Part shown: in pieces, positions 15,878 to 24,077 of the stretch
Numbering within the stretch: position 1 is the first letter of the stretch
How the letters are laid out: the number at the start of each line of letters is the position of its first letter
Source: an uncultured Clostridia bacterium
Lineage (GTDB): Bacteria; Bacillota; Clostridia; UMGS1810
Assembly: GCA_934454585.1 (NCBI GenBank)
Contig: CAKSFP010000005.1
Coordinates: forward strand, 9,053-41,052
DNA length: 32,000 bases
Direction of reading: 5' to 3'
Translations under genes and position numbers: made by a program
The notes under the pieces: model-generated
Seen by the model: only the letters and a program-made list of their open reading frames with translations
The model's database searches: none
Told to the model about the DNA's origin: nothing

Positions 15878-15910
15878 ATAAGCGTTTATTTCATATTGAT
15901 GTTGATTTGC
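15878..15910 (+). repeat. 33-bp direct repeat, copy B (ATAAGCGTTTATTTCATATTGATGTTGATTTGC)
   Basis: 31/33 identical to 14427-14459. Confidence 0.85.
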
Positions 15911-15968
15911 GAAGATTAATGCCCCTTCCGCTTGTTAAATACTTGTCAGTCTTTTTTGCTCCAACCGA

Positions 15969-15997
15969 TTGACACAATCTGTACTTTTTGTTATAAT
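15969..15997 (+). promoter_or_regulatory. Consensus sigma-A-type promoter for the kduI-kduD unit
   Basis: TTGACA (15969-15974), a 17-nt spacer, TATAAT (15992-15997). It lies ~40 nt upstream of AAGGAG + ATG 16039. Confidence 0.6.
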
Positions 15998-16038
15998 TTA
16001 TATTGTAGTATTTCATTTCTTTTTAAGGAGATTTCATC

Positions 16039-17670
16039 ATGATACATATAAAACTTCTCGACCGTTCGGGCAATGTGCTCTTTGACAAATCGGGAGAAAA
16101 CGCAGTTTCCGCAGTATATTGCGGCACATATGGCGACGGCGACAGAATAAGAATAGACACTGACGAATCGGAGTGGCTGGCAATAAACCTTGACCCGACC
16201 GTGGGTGAGGGGTTGGTGTTCGTTCCGGGCAAAATGTTTACATATGACATTCCTCTTGCCACTGTGGGAGTGTGCTTTGACAAAGACGCTTTTTCGGGAG
16301 AGGAACACCCGATATCCGCGCGCACCCCGTCGGACGACGAACTGTATGCGCAAAGGGTCATCTCGCTCAATCCGTACGATATGCACGGCGTGTCGGGCAT
16401 TTATCCGCACGCATACGCAAACTATGTCACCCGTGACGAGGCAAACTTCTTTGAGCGCAACGCCATAAACGGCGTAATCCACACCGATGGTCACTGGGCA
16501 TATCCTTACAGCAACTGGGCGGGCGGCGCACGCGACGACCTGGAGTTTTGGGTGGATTTCGGCGATGAAGTCGAGGTTGACAAACTTGTGTTCCATTTGA
16601 GGGCGGATTTTCCGCATGATTCATATTGGAACAGTATAGATGCCGTGTTTGACGACGGCACAAGATACACAATGCCGCTTAAAAAGAGCGGAGACGGACA
16701 GGAGCTCAACCTTCCCGAATCCGTCATCACAAAAAAAGTTCATCTGACGAACTTTAAGCAGCCGACAACGCCGCTTTCATGGGCAGGACTCAGCCAAATT
16801 GAAGTATGCGGCAAATATATAAAAAAGGAGCAAAAAACAATGGAAGTAAGAAACGCATCAAACTCAAAAGATGTTAAGCACTATACCACAGAGAGGCTCA
16901 GAGAAGAATTCCTCATTACGGGTCTTTTCTCCAAGGACAACATCAAAATGGTATACAGCCACATCGACAGAATCATAACTTGCGGCATAATGCCGGTTGA
17001 CCAGGAACTCAAACTCGAGGCGGGCAAGGAGCTCGCGGCGGACTATTTCCTGCAGCGCAGAGAAATGGGTGTGATTAATATCGGCGGCAAGGGCATTATC
17101 ACCGTGGACGGTACCGAGTACATAATGGAGCCGAGAGACGGTATATTCATCGGTCAGGGAAACAAGGACATCACCTTCAAGGCCGTTGACCGCAACGAAC
17201 CCCCGAAATTCTACATGAGCAGCTGCCCGGCGCACAAATCTTACCCAACGGTTAAGATAGACATCTCCAAGGCTAAAAAAGTGCCCTGCGGCTCCGTTGA
17301 GGATTGCAACAAGAGAGTAATCAATCAGTACATACACCCGGAGGTTATGCAGTCCTGTCAGCTCTCCATGGGTCTGACGCAGCTTGAGCCGGGTTCAAAC
17401 TGGAACACCATGCCATGCCATACTCATGACAGAAGAATGGAAGTTTATCTCTATCTTGACATGGGCGAAAATGATGTTGTGTTCCACATGATGGGCGAGC
17501 CGACCGAGACACGCCACATCATCATGCACAATGAGGAGGCTGTTATCAGCCCGAGCTGGTCCATCCACTCCGGCGTGGGCACAAAGGCATATTCGTTCAT
17601 CTGGGCAATGTGCGGAGAAAACCAGGATTTTGACGATATGGATCACATTGAGACAAAGAACCTGAGATAA
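16039..17670 (+). CDS. kduI: Fusion ORF: N-terminal discoidin/CBM-like domain (aa 1-267) in frame with 5-dehydro-4-deoxy-D-glucuronate isomerase KduI (aa 268-543)
   Basis: The C-terminal 276 aa are colinear with KduI (MVYSHIDRII.CGIMP, GVINIGG.G.ITVDG, WNTMPCHTHDRRMEVY, ISPSWSIHSGVGT, FIWAMCGENQDFDDMDH). The N-terminal part ends ...LSWAGLSQIEVCGKY. No stop codon separates the two parts. Both ATG 16039 and the internal ATG 16840 have AAGGAG sites. Confidence 0.8.
   Translation: MIHIKLLDRSGNVLFDKSGENAVSAVYCGTYGDGDRIRIDTDESEWLAINLDPTVGEGLVFVPGKMFTYDIPLATVGVCFDKDAFSGEEHPISARTPSDDELYAQRVISLNPYDMHGVSGIYPHAYANYVTRDEANFFERNAINGVIHTDGHWAYPYSNWAGGARDDLEFWVDFGDEVEVDKLVFHLRADFPHDSYWNSIDAVFDDGTRYTMPLKKSGDGQELNLPESVITKKVHLTNFKQPTTPLSWAGLSQIEVCGKYIKKEQKTMEVRNASNSKDVKHYTTERLREEFLITGLFSKDNIKMVYSHIDRIITCGIMPVDQELKLEAGKELAADYFLQRREMGVINIGGKGIITVDGTEYIMEPRDGIFIGQGNKDITFKAVDRNEPPKFYMSSCPAHKSYPTVKIDISKAKKVPCGSVEDCNKRVINQYIHPEVMQSCQLSMGLTQLEPGSNWNTMPCHTHDRRMEVYLYLDMGENDVVFHMMGEPTETRHIIMHNEEAVISPSWSIHSGVGTKAYSFIWAMCGENQDFDDMDHIETKNLR
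16825..16842 (+). promoter_or_regulatory. Internal Shine-Dalgarno (AAGGAG) + ATG at the canonical KduI N-terminus
   Basis: AAGGAG at 16825-16830, a 9-nt spacer, then ATG 16840 (MEVRNAS...). Confidence 0.45.
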
Positions 17671-17749
17671 TTTATGCTTTTTCCAACCCCAAAGGCGGCA
17701 AATTTACCTGTGGGATTAAAAATCATCTAAAAGATAAGGAGAGATAATA

Positions 17750-18538
17750 ATGTTCAGATTAGACGGAAAAATCGCACTTGTGACAGGTGCGTCCTACGGA
17801 ATCGGCTTTGCTATAGCAAAAGGCTTGGCAGAGGCAGGCGCAACAATCGTTTTTAATGACATAAAACAGGAGCTTGTTGACAAAGGTATTGCAGCATACA
17901 AAGAGGCAGGCATCGATGCTCGCGGCTATGTTTGCGATGTAACGAACGAAGAAATGGTAAACAACCTTGTTGCAACAATAGAAAAAGAAGTCGGTGTTAT
18001 CGACATTCTCGTAAACAATGCCGGCATAATCAAGAGAATCCCCATGTGCGAAATGAGCGCAGCGGAATTCAGACAGGTTATAGATGTTGATCTCAACGCA
18101 CCTTTCATCGTGTCTAAGGCGGTTATCCCCTCGATGATCAAAAAAGGTCACGGCAAGATCATAAACATCTGCTCCATGATGTCCGAGCTTGGCAGAGAGA
18201 CAGTTTCCGCTTATGCGGCTGCAAAGGGCGGTCTTAAGATGCTCACAAGAAACATCTGCTCCGAGTACGGCGAGTTCAACATCCAGTGCAACGGCATAGG
18301 ACCCGGATACATCGCTACTCCGCAGACTGCTCCCTTGCGTGAACCCCAGGCGGACGGCTCCAAGCATCCGTTTGACTCGTTCATATGCGCAAAGACTCCG
18401 GCCGGCAGATGGCTTGAGCCGGAAGAACTTGCGGGCCCGGCGGTGTTCCTGGCAAGCGATGCGTCAAATGCGGTAAACGGTCACATTCTTTATGTGGACG
18501 GAGGTATACTTGCTTATATCGGCAAGCAGCCCAAATAA
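17750..18538 (+). CDS. kduD: Short-chain dehydrogenase of the KduD / gluconate 5-dehydrogenase family
   Basis: LDGKIALVTGASYGIGFAIAKGLAEAGATIVFNDI, NNAG, catalytic YAAAKGG (YxxxK). It lies directly downstream of kduI. Confidence 0.85.
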   Translation: MFRLDGKIALVTGASYGIGFAIAKGLAEAGATIVFNDIKQELVDKGIAAYKEAGIDARGYVCDVTNEEMVNNLVATIEKEVGVIDILVNNAGIIKRIPMCEMSAAEFRQVIDVDLNAPFIVSKAVIPSMIKKGHGKIINICSMMSELGRETVSAYAAAKGGLKMLTRNICSEYGEFNIQCNGIGPGYIATPQTAPLREPQADGSKHPFDSFICAKTPAGRWLEPEELAGPAVFLASDASNAVNGHILYVDGGILAYIGKQPK

Positions 18539-18550
18539 TCGAATTAAAAC

Positions 18551-18589
18551 AAAAAACACCTCGTGGATGTCATGAGGTGTTTTTATTTT
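18551..18589 (+). terminator. Rho-independent terminator after kduD
   Basis: AAAAAACACCTC-gtggatgtcat-GAGGTGTTTTTATTTT. Confidence 0.75.
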
Positions 18590-18706
18590 AAGATGAATCT
18601 TTATTAAGGCGGGGGGAACGGCCTATGCGTCGTTCCGCAATAATCCGTTGCACCGTATCGGGTAGGTATATATTTTTATTCAGAACGCATAAAAACTTGT
18701 GCCGTC

Positions 18707-18893
18707 TGTGTATGTGTTTTTTATTCTTGCCGCCTGCGTCGAAACAAGCTGCGCATCGTGCGTTGCAAATCGGGAGATTTACAACTTACTCGCTTTGCTG
18801 TTTCTCCTTTTTCCCAAAAAGTCACGCTATGCTACCACCTTTTTGGGAGCCCTGCGCTGAACTCGCCGTCTAAGAATAAAAAACACATACACA
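18707..18893. repeat. MITE-like palindromic element, long copy (187 bp) with perfect 22-bp terminal inverted repeats
   Basis: TGTGTATGTGTTTTTTATTCTT at 18707-18728 and its exact reverse complement at 18872-18893. Subterminal sequence is shared with 28807-28892. It has an internal 9-bp hairpin (CCCAAAAAG/CTTTTTGGG). Confidence 0.6.
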
Positions 18894-18928
18894 TCCTTTG
18901 ATGAAATATTTTCTACGCACATTGTCTG

Positions 18929-18974
18929 TCCGTAAAAAACGGATGCAGAATGAACAAAAGAACCCGACGGTGTA
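18929..18974 (+). repeat. 46-nt direct repeat, unit 1 (TCCGTAAAAAACGGATGCAGAATGAACAAAAGAACCCGACGGTGTA)
   Basis: Close match to 19041-19086, 112 bp further on. It contains the TCCGT/ACGGA mini-hairpin. Confidence 0.7.
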
Positions 18975-19040
18975 AAAAAGAGAACCGAATTCTAAAAAAT
19001 CAGCGGAGAGCGGGCAATCCGAACCGAAAAAGTATGCCTA

Positions 19041-19086
19041 TCCGTAAAAACGGATGCATAATAAATGAAAAGAACCCGACGGTGTA
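19041..19086 (+). repeat. 46-nt direct repeat, unit 2
   Basis: TCCGTAAAAACGGATGCATAATAAATGAAAAGAACCCGACGGTGTA. It overlaps the left arm of the asnS terminator hairpin. Confidence 0.7.
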
Positions 19087-19123
19087 TTTTCTATACTCCG
19101 AGGGTTCTTTTCATTTATTATGC
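19056..19123 (-). terminator. Long-stem terminator hairpin downstream of asnS
   Basis: Perfect 22-bp arms (GCATAATAAATGAAAAGAACCC / GGGTTCTTTTCATTTATTATGC) with a 24-nt loop. It starts 8 nt after the asnS stop. On the minus strand CATCCGTTTTTACGG follows. Confidence 0.65.
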
Positions 19124-19131
19124 GCCGTTTT

Positions 19132-20523
19132 TTAGAATTCGGCGTTGGAGACGGTGCGGGGGAAGGGTATAACATCTCTGATGTTCGATATTCCCGTCAG
19201 GTACATTATCGCTCTCTCAAACCCGAGTCCATATCCGGCGTGCTTGCATCCGCCGTATTTTCTCAAGTCGAGATACCACCAGTAATCGTCCGGAGAAAGT
19301 CCAAGCTCGTTCATGCGGTTAAGCAGCACATCGTAGCGCTCCTCTCTCTGGCTGCCGCCGATTATCTCGCCTATGCCCGGCACAAGCAGATCCATAGCAG
19401 CAACGGTTTTGCCGTCGTCGTTCAGACGCATATAGAACGCTTTGATTTCCTTGGGATAGTCCGTCACAAAGACAGGCTTTTTGAATACCTGCTCGGTGAG
19501 ATATCTCTCATGCTCAGTCTGCAAATCTGTGCCCCACTCAACGGGGTAATCAAAATTATCGTTGTTTTTCTTGAGAATCTCTATCGCCTCTGTGTAGGTC
19601 ACTCTGCCAAAGTCGGATGACGCCACATGGCGAAGCCTTTCAAGCAGTCCCTTGTCCACAAAGTTGTTGAAGAACTCTATCTCCTCGGGTGCATTCTCGA
19701 GCACATAGTTTATGATGTATTTGAGCATATCCTCGGCAAGCTCCATGTCGTCGCCTAAATCCGCAAAGGATATCTCAGGTTCAATCATCCAGAACTCCGC
19801 AGCATGACGGGTCGTGTTGGAATTTTCGGCACGGAATGTGGGGCCAAAGGTGTATACATTGCGGAAAGCAAGTGCATATGTCTCGCAGTTGAGCTGACCG
19901 GAAACGGTCAAGTTTGCGCTCTTTCCGAAAAAGTCCTTGGTGTAGTCCACACTGCCGTCTTCGTTGTGAGGAATTTCGGCAGGGTCGAGAGTGGTCACGC
20001 GGAACATCTCGCCGGCACCCTCGCAGTCACTGCAGGTGATAATCGGGGTGTGGGTGTACACAAAGCCGCGCTCGTTGAAAAATTTGTGGATGGCATATGC
20101 CGCAAGACTCCTCACGCGGAACACTGCCGAAAATGTATTTGTCCTCGGGCGCAGATGCGCTATCGTGCGCAGATATTCGAAAGAATGCCTCTTTTTCTGC
20201 AAGGGGTAGTCCGGGGTGGACTCGCCCTCAACGGTGATTTTTGACGCCTTTATCTCAAACGGCTGTTTTGCGTCCGGGGTGAGCACCATTGTGCCGCTCA
20301 CGGATATTGCCGCACCCACATTGAGCGAGGAAACTTCCTTGTAGTTGTCTATTTTGTCGCTCTCAAACACGACCTGGACATTTTTGAAAAATGTGCCGTC
20401 ATTCACCTCGATAAAACCGAAGGCGTTGGACGCGCGCAGGGTTCTTATCCAACCCGATATTTCAACTGTTTTGTCCGCAAATTCCTCCGAGCCGCGGAAA
20501 AGCTCTTTTACCAATGCTTTCAT
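19132..20523 (-). CDS. asnS: Asparagine--tRNA ligase
   Basis: 463 aa, class IIb aaRS. Motifs: [79 protein letters not shown]. Confidence 0.95.
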   Translation of the reverse strand: MKALVKELFRGSEEFADKTVEISGWIRTLRASNAFGFIEVNDGTFFKNVQVVFESDKIDNYKEVSSLNVGAAISVSGTMVLTPDAKQPFEIKASKITVEGESTPDYPLQKKRHSFEYLRTIAHLRPRTNTFSAVFRVRSLAAYAIHKFFNERGFVYTHTPIITCSDCEGAGEMFRVTTLDPAEIPHNEDGSVDYTKDFFGKSANLTVSGQLNCETYALAFRNVYTFGPTFRAENSNTTRHAAEFWMIEPEISFADLGDDMELAEDMLKYIINYVLENAPEEIEFFNNFVDKGLLERLRHVASSDFGRVTYTEAIEILKKNNDNFDYPVEWGTDLQTEHERYLTEQVFKKPVFVTDYPKEIKAFYMRLNDDGKTVAAMDLLVPGIGEIIGGSQREERYDVLLNRMNELGLSPDDYWWYLDLRKYGGCKHAGYGLGFERAIMYLTGISNIRDVIPFPRTVSNAEF

Positions 20524-20545
20524 TAATACTGCCGTCCTTTCCGAT

Positions 20546-21244
20546 TTATTTTCCCAAATATGCTTTCTTGATGTCGGGATTGGCGAGAAGTTCCGTACCG
20601 CTGCCCTTCATCGTGATTCTGCCTGTCTCCATAACATAGCCGATATCGGCAATCTTAAGCGCCATGTTGGCGTTCTGCTCTATGAGGAGTATGGATATAC
20701 CGCTGTCGTTTACTTTCTTTATTATGTCGAATATGTCTCGTACCACAAGCGGTGCAAGACCCAGCGACGGCTCATCCAGCATGAGCAGAGTCGGCCTTGC
20801 CATCAGTGCCCTTGCCACGGCGAGCATCTGTTGTTCACCGCCGGAAAGTGTTCCGGCGAGCTGCCACGATCTTTCCCTGAGGCGCGGAAACAGGTCAAAC
20901 ATCCACTCTATGTCGCTCTTGAGGTTGTCGTGGCGCAGATAAGCGCCGATTTTTATGTTCTCAAGCACCGTCAGATCAGGGAAAACCTTTCTGCCTTCGG
21001 GCGAGAGGGTTATGCCGTTGCTTACAATCTTGTCGGTGGCGGCATTGGTTATGTCGTTTCCGTTGTAGTGTATGCTGCCCTCCGTCGACGGCACAAGTCC
21101 CGTCACGGCGCGCAGCGTGGTGCTTTTGCCGGCACCGTTTGAGCCGATGAGGGTGACGATTTTGCCGTCCGGCACTTCGAGCGATATGCCCTTTACCGCC
21201 TCAATTGCGCCGTAGCTGACTTTGAGATTTTCTATTTTAAGCAT
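20546..21244 (-). CDS. livF: Branched-chain/hydrophobic amino-acid ABC transporter ATP-binding protein (LivF type)
   Basis: [12 protein letters not shown]..., Walker [10 protein letters not shown], signature [15 protein letters not shown], Walker [12 protein letters not shown] 21244 overlaps the livG stop and is preferred over GTG 21250. Confidence 0.9.
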   Translation of the reverse strand: MLKIENLKVSYGAIEAVKGISLEVPDGKIVTLIGSNGAGKSTTLRAVTGLVPSTEGSIHYNGNDITNAATDKIVSNGITLSPEGRKVFPDLTVLENIKIGAYLRHDNLKSDIEWMFDLFPRLRERSWQLAGTLSGGEQQMLAVARALMARPTLLMLDEPSLGLAPLVVRDIFDIIKKVNDSGISILLIEQNANMALKIADIGYVMETGRITMKGSGTELLANPDIKKAYLGK

Positions 21245-22079
21245 CGTCACTCACCCCCAAGTATGCCTCAATAACCTTTTTGTCGTTCTGAACGACATCC
21301 GGTGTGCCATGACTTATCAGTTTGCCAAAGTCAAGCACATATATCCTGTCCGATATGTCCATTACCAAATCCATGTGATGCTCTATCATGAGTATCGTCA
21401 TGTCAAAATCGTCTCTCACTCTGCCGATAAACTGAGTCAGTTCCGCAGTCTCCTGCGGATTCATGCCTGCCGCAGGTTCGTCCAGGAGCAGAAGTTTCGG
21501 ATCGGTGGCGAGGGCGCGGGCAATTTCGAGTTTTCTCTGCTGACCGTAGGGCAGGTTTGCCGCCTTTTCGTTCTGCAAATGATACAGGTCGAGGATCTTG
21601 AGCAGATGTTCAACCTCGGCTCTTGCCGCTGCCTCCTCCTTGCCGTTGAGACGGAGTGTCGCCGTAAGGAGGTTCGATTTGCGTTTCATATGCTTTGCTA
21701 TGAGCACATTTTCAAAAACCGTCATTGTCTTAAAGAGTCTGATGTTTTGAAATGTGCGCGCAATGCCGCTTTCGGTTATCTTGTCGGGAGTCGGCTCTAT
21801 GGATTCCGTGTATTCTCCCTTGTGATCCCCGGTATAGAGCTTTTTCATCTTTCCCTTGGGATAGTTTTCAACAATTTTTTCACCGTTGAAATACACTGCG
21901 CCGTTTGTGGGGGCGTATACTCCCGTGATTACATTGAACGCTGTTGTCTTTCCGGCTCCGTTTGGGCCTATGAGTGCGACGATTTCGTGCTCATTTACCT
22001 CCATGTTAAGGTTGTCCACGGCAATAACGCCGCCGAACTGCATGACAACATTCTCTACACGAAGTACATTATTCATCAT
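21237..22079 (-). CDS. livG: Branched-chain amino-acid ABC transporter ATP-binding protein (LivG type)
   Basis: LRVENVVMQFGGV.AV, Walker A GPNGAGKTT, LPYGQQRKLEIARALA, LLLLDEPAAG. AGGAGG SD. It overlaps the livM stop. Confidence 0.9.
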   Translation of the reverse strand: MMNNVLRVENVVMQFGGVIAVDNLNMEVNEHEIVALIGPNGAGKTTAFNVITGVYAPTNGAVYFNGEKIVENYPKGKMKKLYTGDHKGEYTESIEPTPDKITESGIARTFQNIRLFKTMTVFENVLIAKHMKRKSNLLTATLRLNGKEEAAARAEVEHLLKILDLYHLQNEKAANLPYGQQRKLEIARALATDPKLLLLDEPAAGMNPQETAELTQFIGRVRDDFDMTILMIEHHMDLVMDISDRIYVLDFGKLISHGTPDVVQNDKKVIEAYLGVSDDA

Positions 22080-23181
22080 CCTGCACCTCCTGTTTCTTGC
22101 CGAATTTCCTGAAAAATGCGTAAATTCCGTCCCAGCTGAACTCTCTGCTGCCCATGATGCCCTGTCTGAAGAACAGCACCACTATCATGAGGATGACCGA
22201 GAACACAACCATGCGGAATCCCGAGCGCAGAAGCGGCACCTGGAAAGAGCCGATGTATGCCGGAGCGTCGAGGAATCTGAGCCACCATTCCTTGGCGAAG
22301 ATGACAAGGACGGCGGAGATTATGCTGCCCGTAAAGCTTCCCATGCCACCGATTACAACCATGAGAAGAATGTAGTAAGTTGCGGTGGCGAGAGTAAATG
22401 TGGTGGCGGATATCGCTTTGAGGTACATTGCAAGCAACGCGCCTCCCACAGCCGCAAAGAACGAACTGATTACGAACGATGTGACCTTGGTCGAGGCAAG
22501 ATTTATGCCCATTGCCTCCGCTGCCGTTTCGTCGTCGTTTATGGCGCGGAACGCTCTGCCGTAAGTTGAGCTTTTTATCAGTCCCATGATTGCTATGCAC
22601 ACAACCACTATGAATATCATAACTATGAACGATGAGTCAAACCCCATTCCGTCAAGTGGTTTCAGGCTGATTGCCGGGATGTTGTTAAGACCCAGTGAAC
22701 CGTTTGTTATGGTGTTGAGCCACGAACTGGCAACAACTATGCGCACCACCTCGGCAAAACCGAGGGTCGCGATGGCAAAATAGTCACTGCGCAGACGCAG
22801 AACAATCTTACCTATGACAAAGGCGAACAGCGCCGCCACTATGCCGGCAACGATAAGCGCAACCACAGGCGGCGCCTGGAGATTCTTGAGCCACGGCGCA
22901 CAGCCGTAGAGATAGTAAACATTGTCGCGCACTCCCGTGGGAATGGAGAGTATCGCATAGGTATATGCACCCAGGGTCATGAAACCCGCCTGTCCGAGAG
23001 AGAACTGACCCGTCACTCCGTTTAGCAGATTCATGGATACCGCCAGGAGCGCATACAGCGCGCCCATGAGCAGTGATGTCTTAAGCATGGACGAGGTCGG
23101 CAGAGAGCTTGCGTAGAACACAAACGCCGCAAGGGCAGCGAGTGAAACGCAGGTGCAGATGGTTTTGGTTTGTTTTTTCAT
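22069..23181 (-). CDS. livM: Branched-chain amino-acid ABC transporter permease (LivM type)
   Basis: 370-aa polytopic protein with GQFSLGQAGFMTLGAYTYA and GLNNIP motifs. Operon position fits. Confidence 0.88.
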   Translation of the reverse strand: MKKQTKTICTCVSLAALAAFVFYASSLPTSSMLKTSLLMGALYALLAVSMNLLNGVTGQFSLGQAGFMTLGAYTYAILSIPTGVRDNVYYLYGCAPWLKNLQAPPVVALIVAGIVAALFAFVIGKIVLRLRSDYFAIATLGFAEVVRIVVASSWLNTITNGSLGLNNIPAISLKPLDGMGFDSSFIVMIFIVVVCIAIMGLIKSSTYGRAFRAINDDETAAEAMGINLASTKVTSFVISSFFAAVGGALLAMYLKAISATTFTLATATYYILLMVVIGGMGSFTGSIISAVLVIFAKEWWLRFLDAPAYIGSFQVPLLRSGFRMVVFSVILMIVVLFFRQGIMGSREFSWDGIYAFFRKFGKKQEVQDDE

Positions 23182-23184
23182 GTC

Positions 23185-24066
23185 TTACACCTTCTCCCTT
23201 GTTTTTTCGCCGAACAAGCCTGTCGGTCTGAATATGAGCACGAATATGAGTATTACAAAGGTGAAAGCGTCCGAAAATTCGGAAAATTTGCTTGCCTTTA
23301 TAAATGTCTCGCAGAGTCCTATGAGAAATCCGCCGACGAGTGCGCCGGGGATTGAGCCTATGCCGCCGAACACCGCCGCCACAAAGCACTTGAGACCCGG
23401 CAGTGAGCCGGAGAGCGGATATACCTGCGGTCTGGGTATAAAGTAGAGAATGGAACCGATTGCCGCAAGTCCGCAGCCGATGACGAATGTGAAGCTGATG
23501 ATGTTGTTAATTTTAATACCCATCAGCTGAGCCGTCTGGAAATCCTTTGACACGGCGCGCATCGCCATACCTATCTTGGTCTTGTTTATGAGAAAAACAA
23601 GACCGGCTACTATTAATATGGTCAAAATCGGGGTGATGAATGTCACCAGAGAGGTGGATATATTCCCGATTGTTATTTTCTCACTCAAAAATCCGATAGT
23701 CGGATACGGTTTCGGCAGAGCCGAAAAAAGATATGTCGCAAAGTTTTGCAAAAAGTACGAAACGCCGATAGCGGATATCATTACAGACATCCTGGGCGCA
23801 CTGCGGAGCGGTTTATACGCTATTTTTTCGGTGAGCACACCGAGAGCAATTGTCGCCGCTATAACAAGCACGACCGATACATACCAAGGCAGCGCCATGT
23901 CAACCATGGCTATAATCATGAAGTATCCCGCCATCATGAATATGTCGCCGTGTGCAAAATTGATCAGCCTTAAAATTCCGTAAACCATAGTGTAGCCGAT
24001 GGCAATGAGCGCATAGCTGCTGCCGATCGAAATGCCGTTCAGACAGTTTTGCAGAAAAGCATCCAT
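23185..24066 (-). CDS. livH: Branched-chain amino-acid ABC transporter permease (LivH type)
   Basis: 293 aa. Motifs: YALIAIGYTMVYGILRLINFAHGDIFM and GGIGSIPGALVGGFLIG. Confidence 0.9.
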   Translation of the reverse strand: MDAFLQNCLNGISIGSSYALIAIGYTMVYGILRLINFAHGDIFMMAGYFMIIAMVDMALPWYVSVVLVIAATIALGVLTEKIAYKPLRSAPRMSVMISAIGVSYFLQNFATYLFSALPKPYPTIGFLSEKITIGNISTSLVTFITPILTILIVAGLVFLINKTKIGMAMRAVSKDFQTAQLMGIKINNIISFTFVIGCGLAAIGSILYFIPRPQVYPLSGSLPGLKCFVAAVFGGIGSIPGALVGGFLIGLCETFIKASKFSEFSDAFTFVILIFVLIFRPTGLFGEKTREKV

Positions 24067-24077
24067 GGATTACCCTC

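Noticed and set aside
14427-15910. CRISPR-like interpretation of the 33-bp repeats
   Set aside because: There are only two copies, separated by 1.4 kb of coding sequence. There is no array periodicity and no cas genes.
15991-16617. 208-aa minus-strand ORF overlapping the N-terminal half of the CBM-like::KduI ORF
   Set aside because: The plus-strand frame has a consensus promoter, an AAGGAG site and a domain-like sequence that continues into KduI. The antisense product is Arg/Cys/Val-rich low-information sequence.
18698-18900. Target-site duplications flanking the MITE-like copies
   Set aside because: The flanks share only 2-3 nt (TC/TC at copy 1, GAC/GAC at copy 2), and the lengths are inconsistent. 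This cannot be told apart from chance.
18625-19135. 82-aa and 61-aa plus-strand ORFs in the kduD-asnS intergenic region
   Set aside because: They run straight through the MITE-like element and the duplicated terminator units. They have no SD and their translations are low-complexity.
19120-22569. Plus-strand ORFs 19120-19620, 19804-20244, 20345-21142, 21222-22112 and 21886-22569
   Set aside because: All are antisense to asnS, livF, livG or livM, which carry unmistakable motifs. None has its own motif or a plausible start context.
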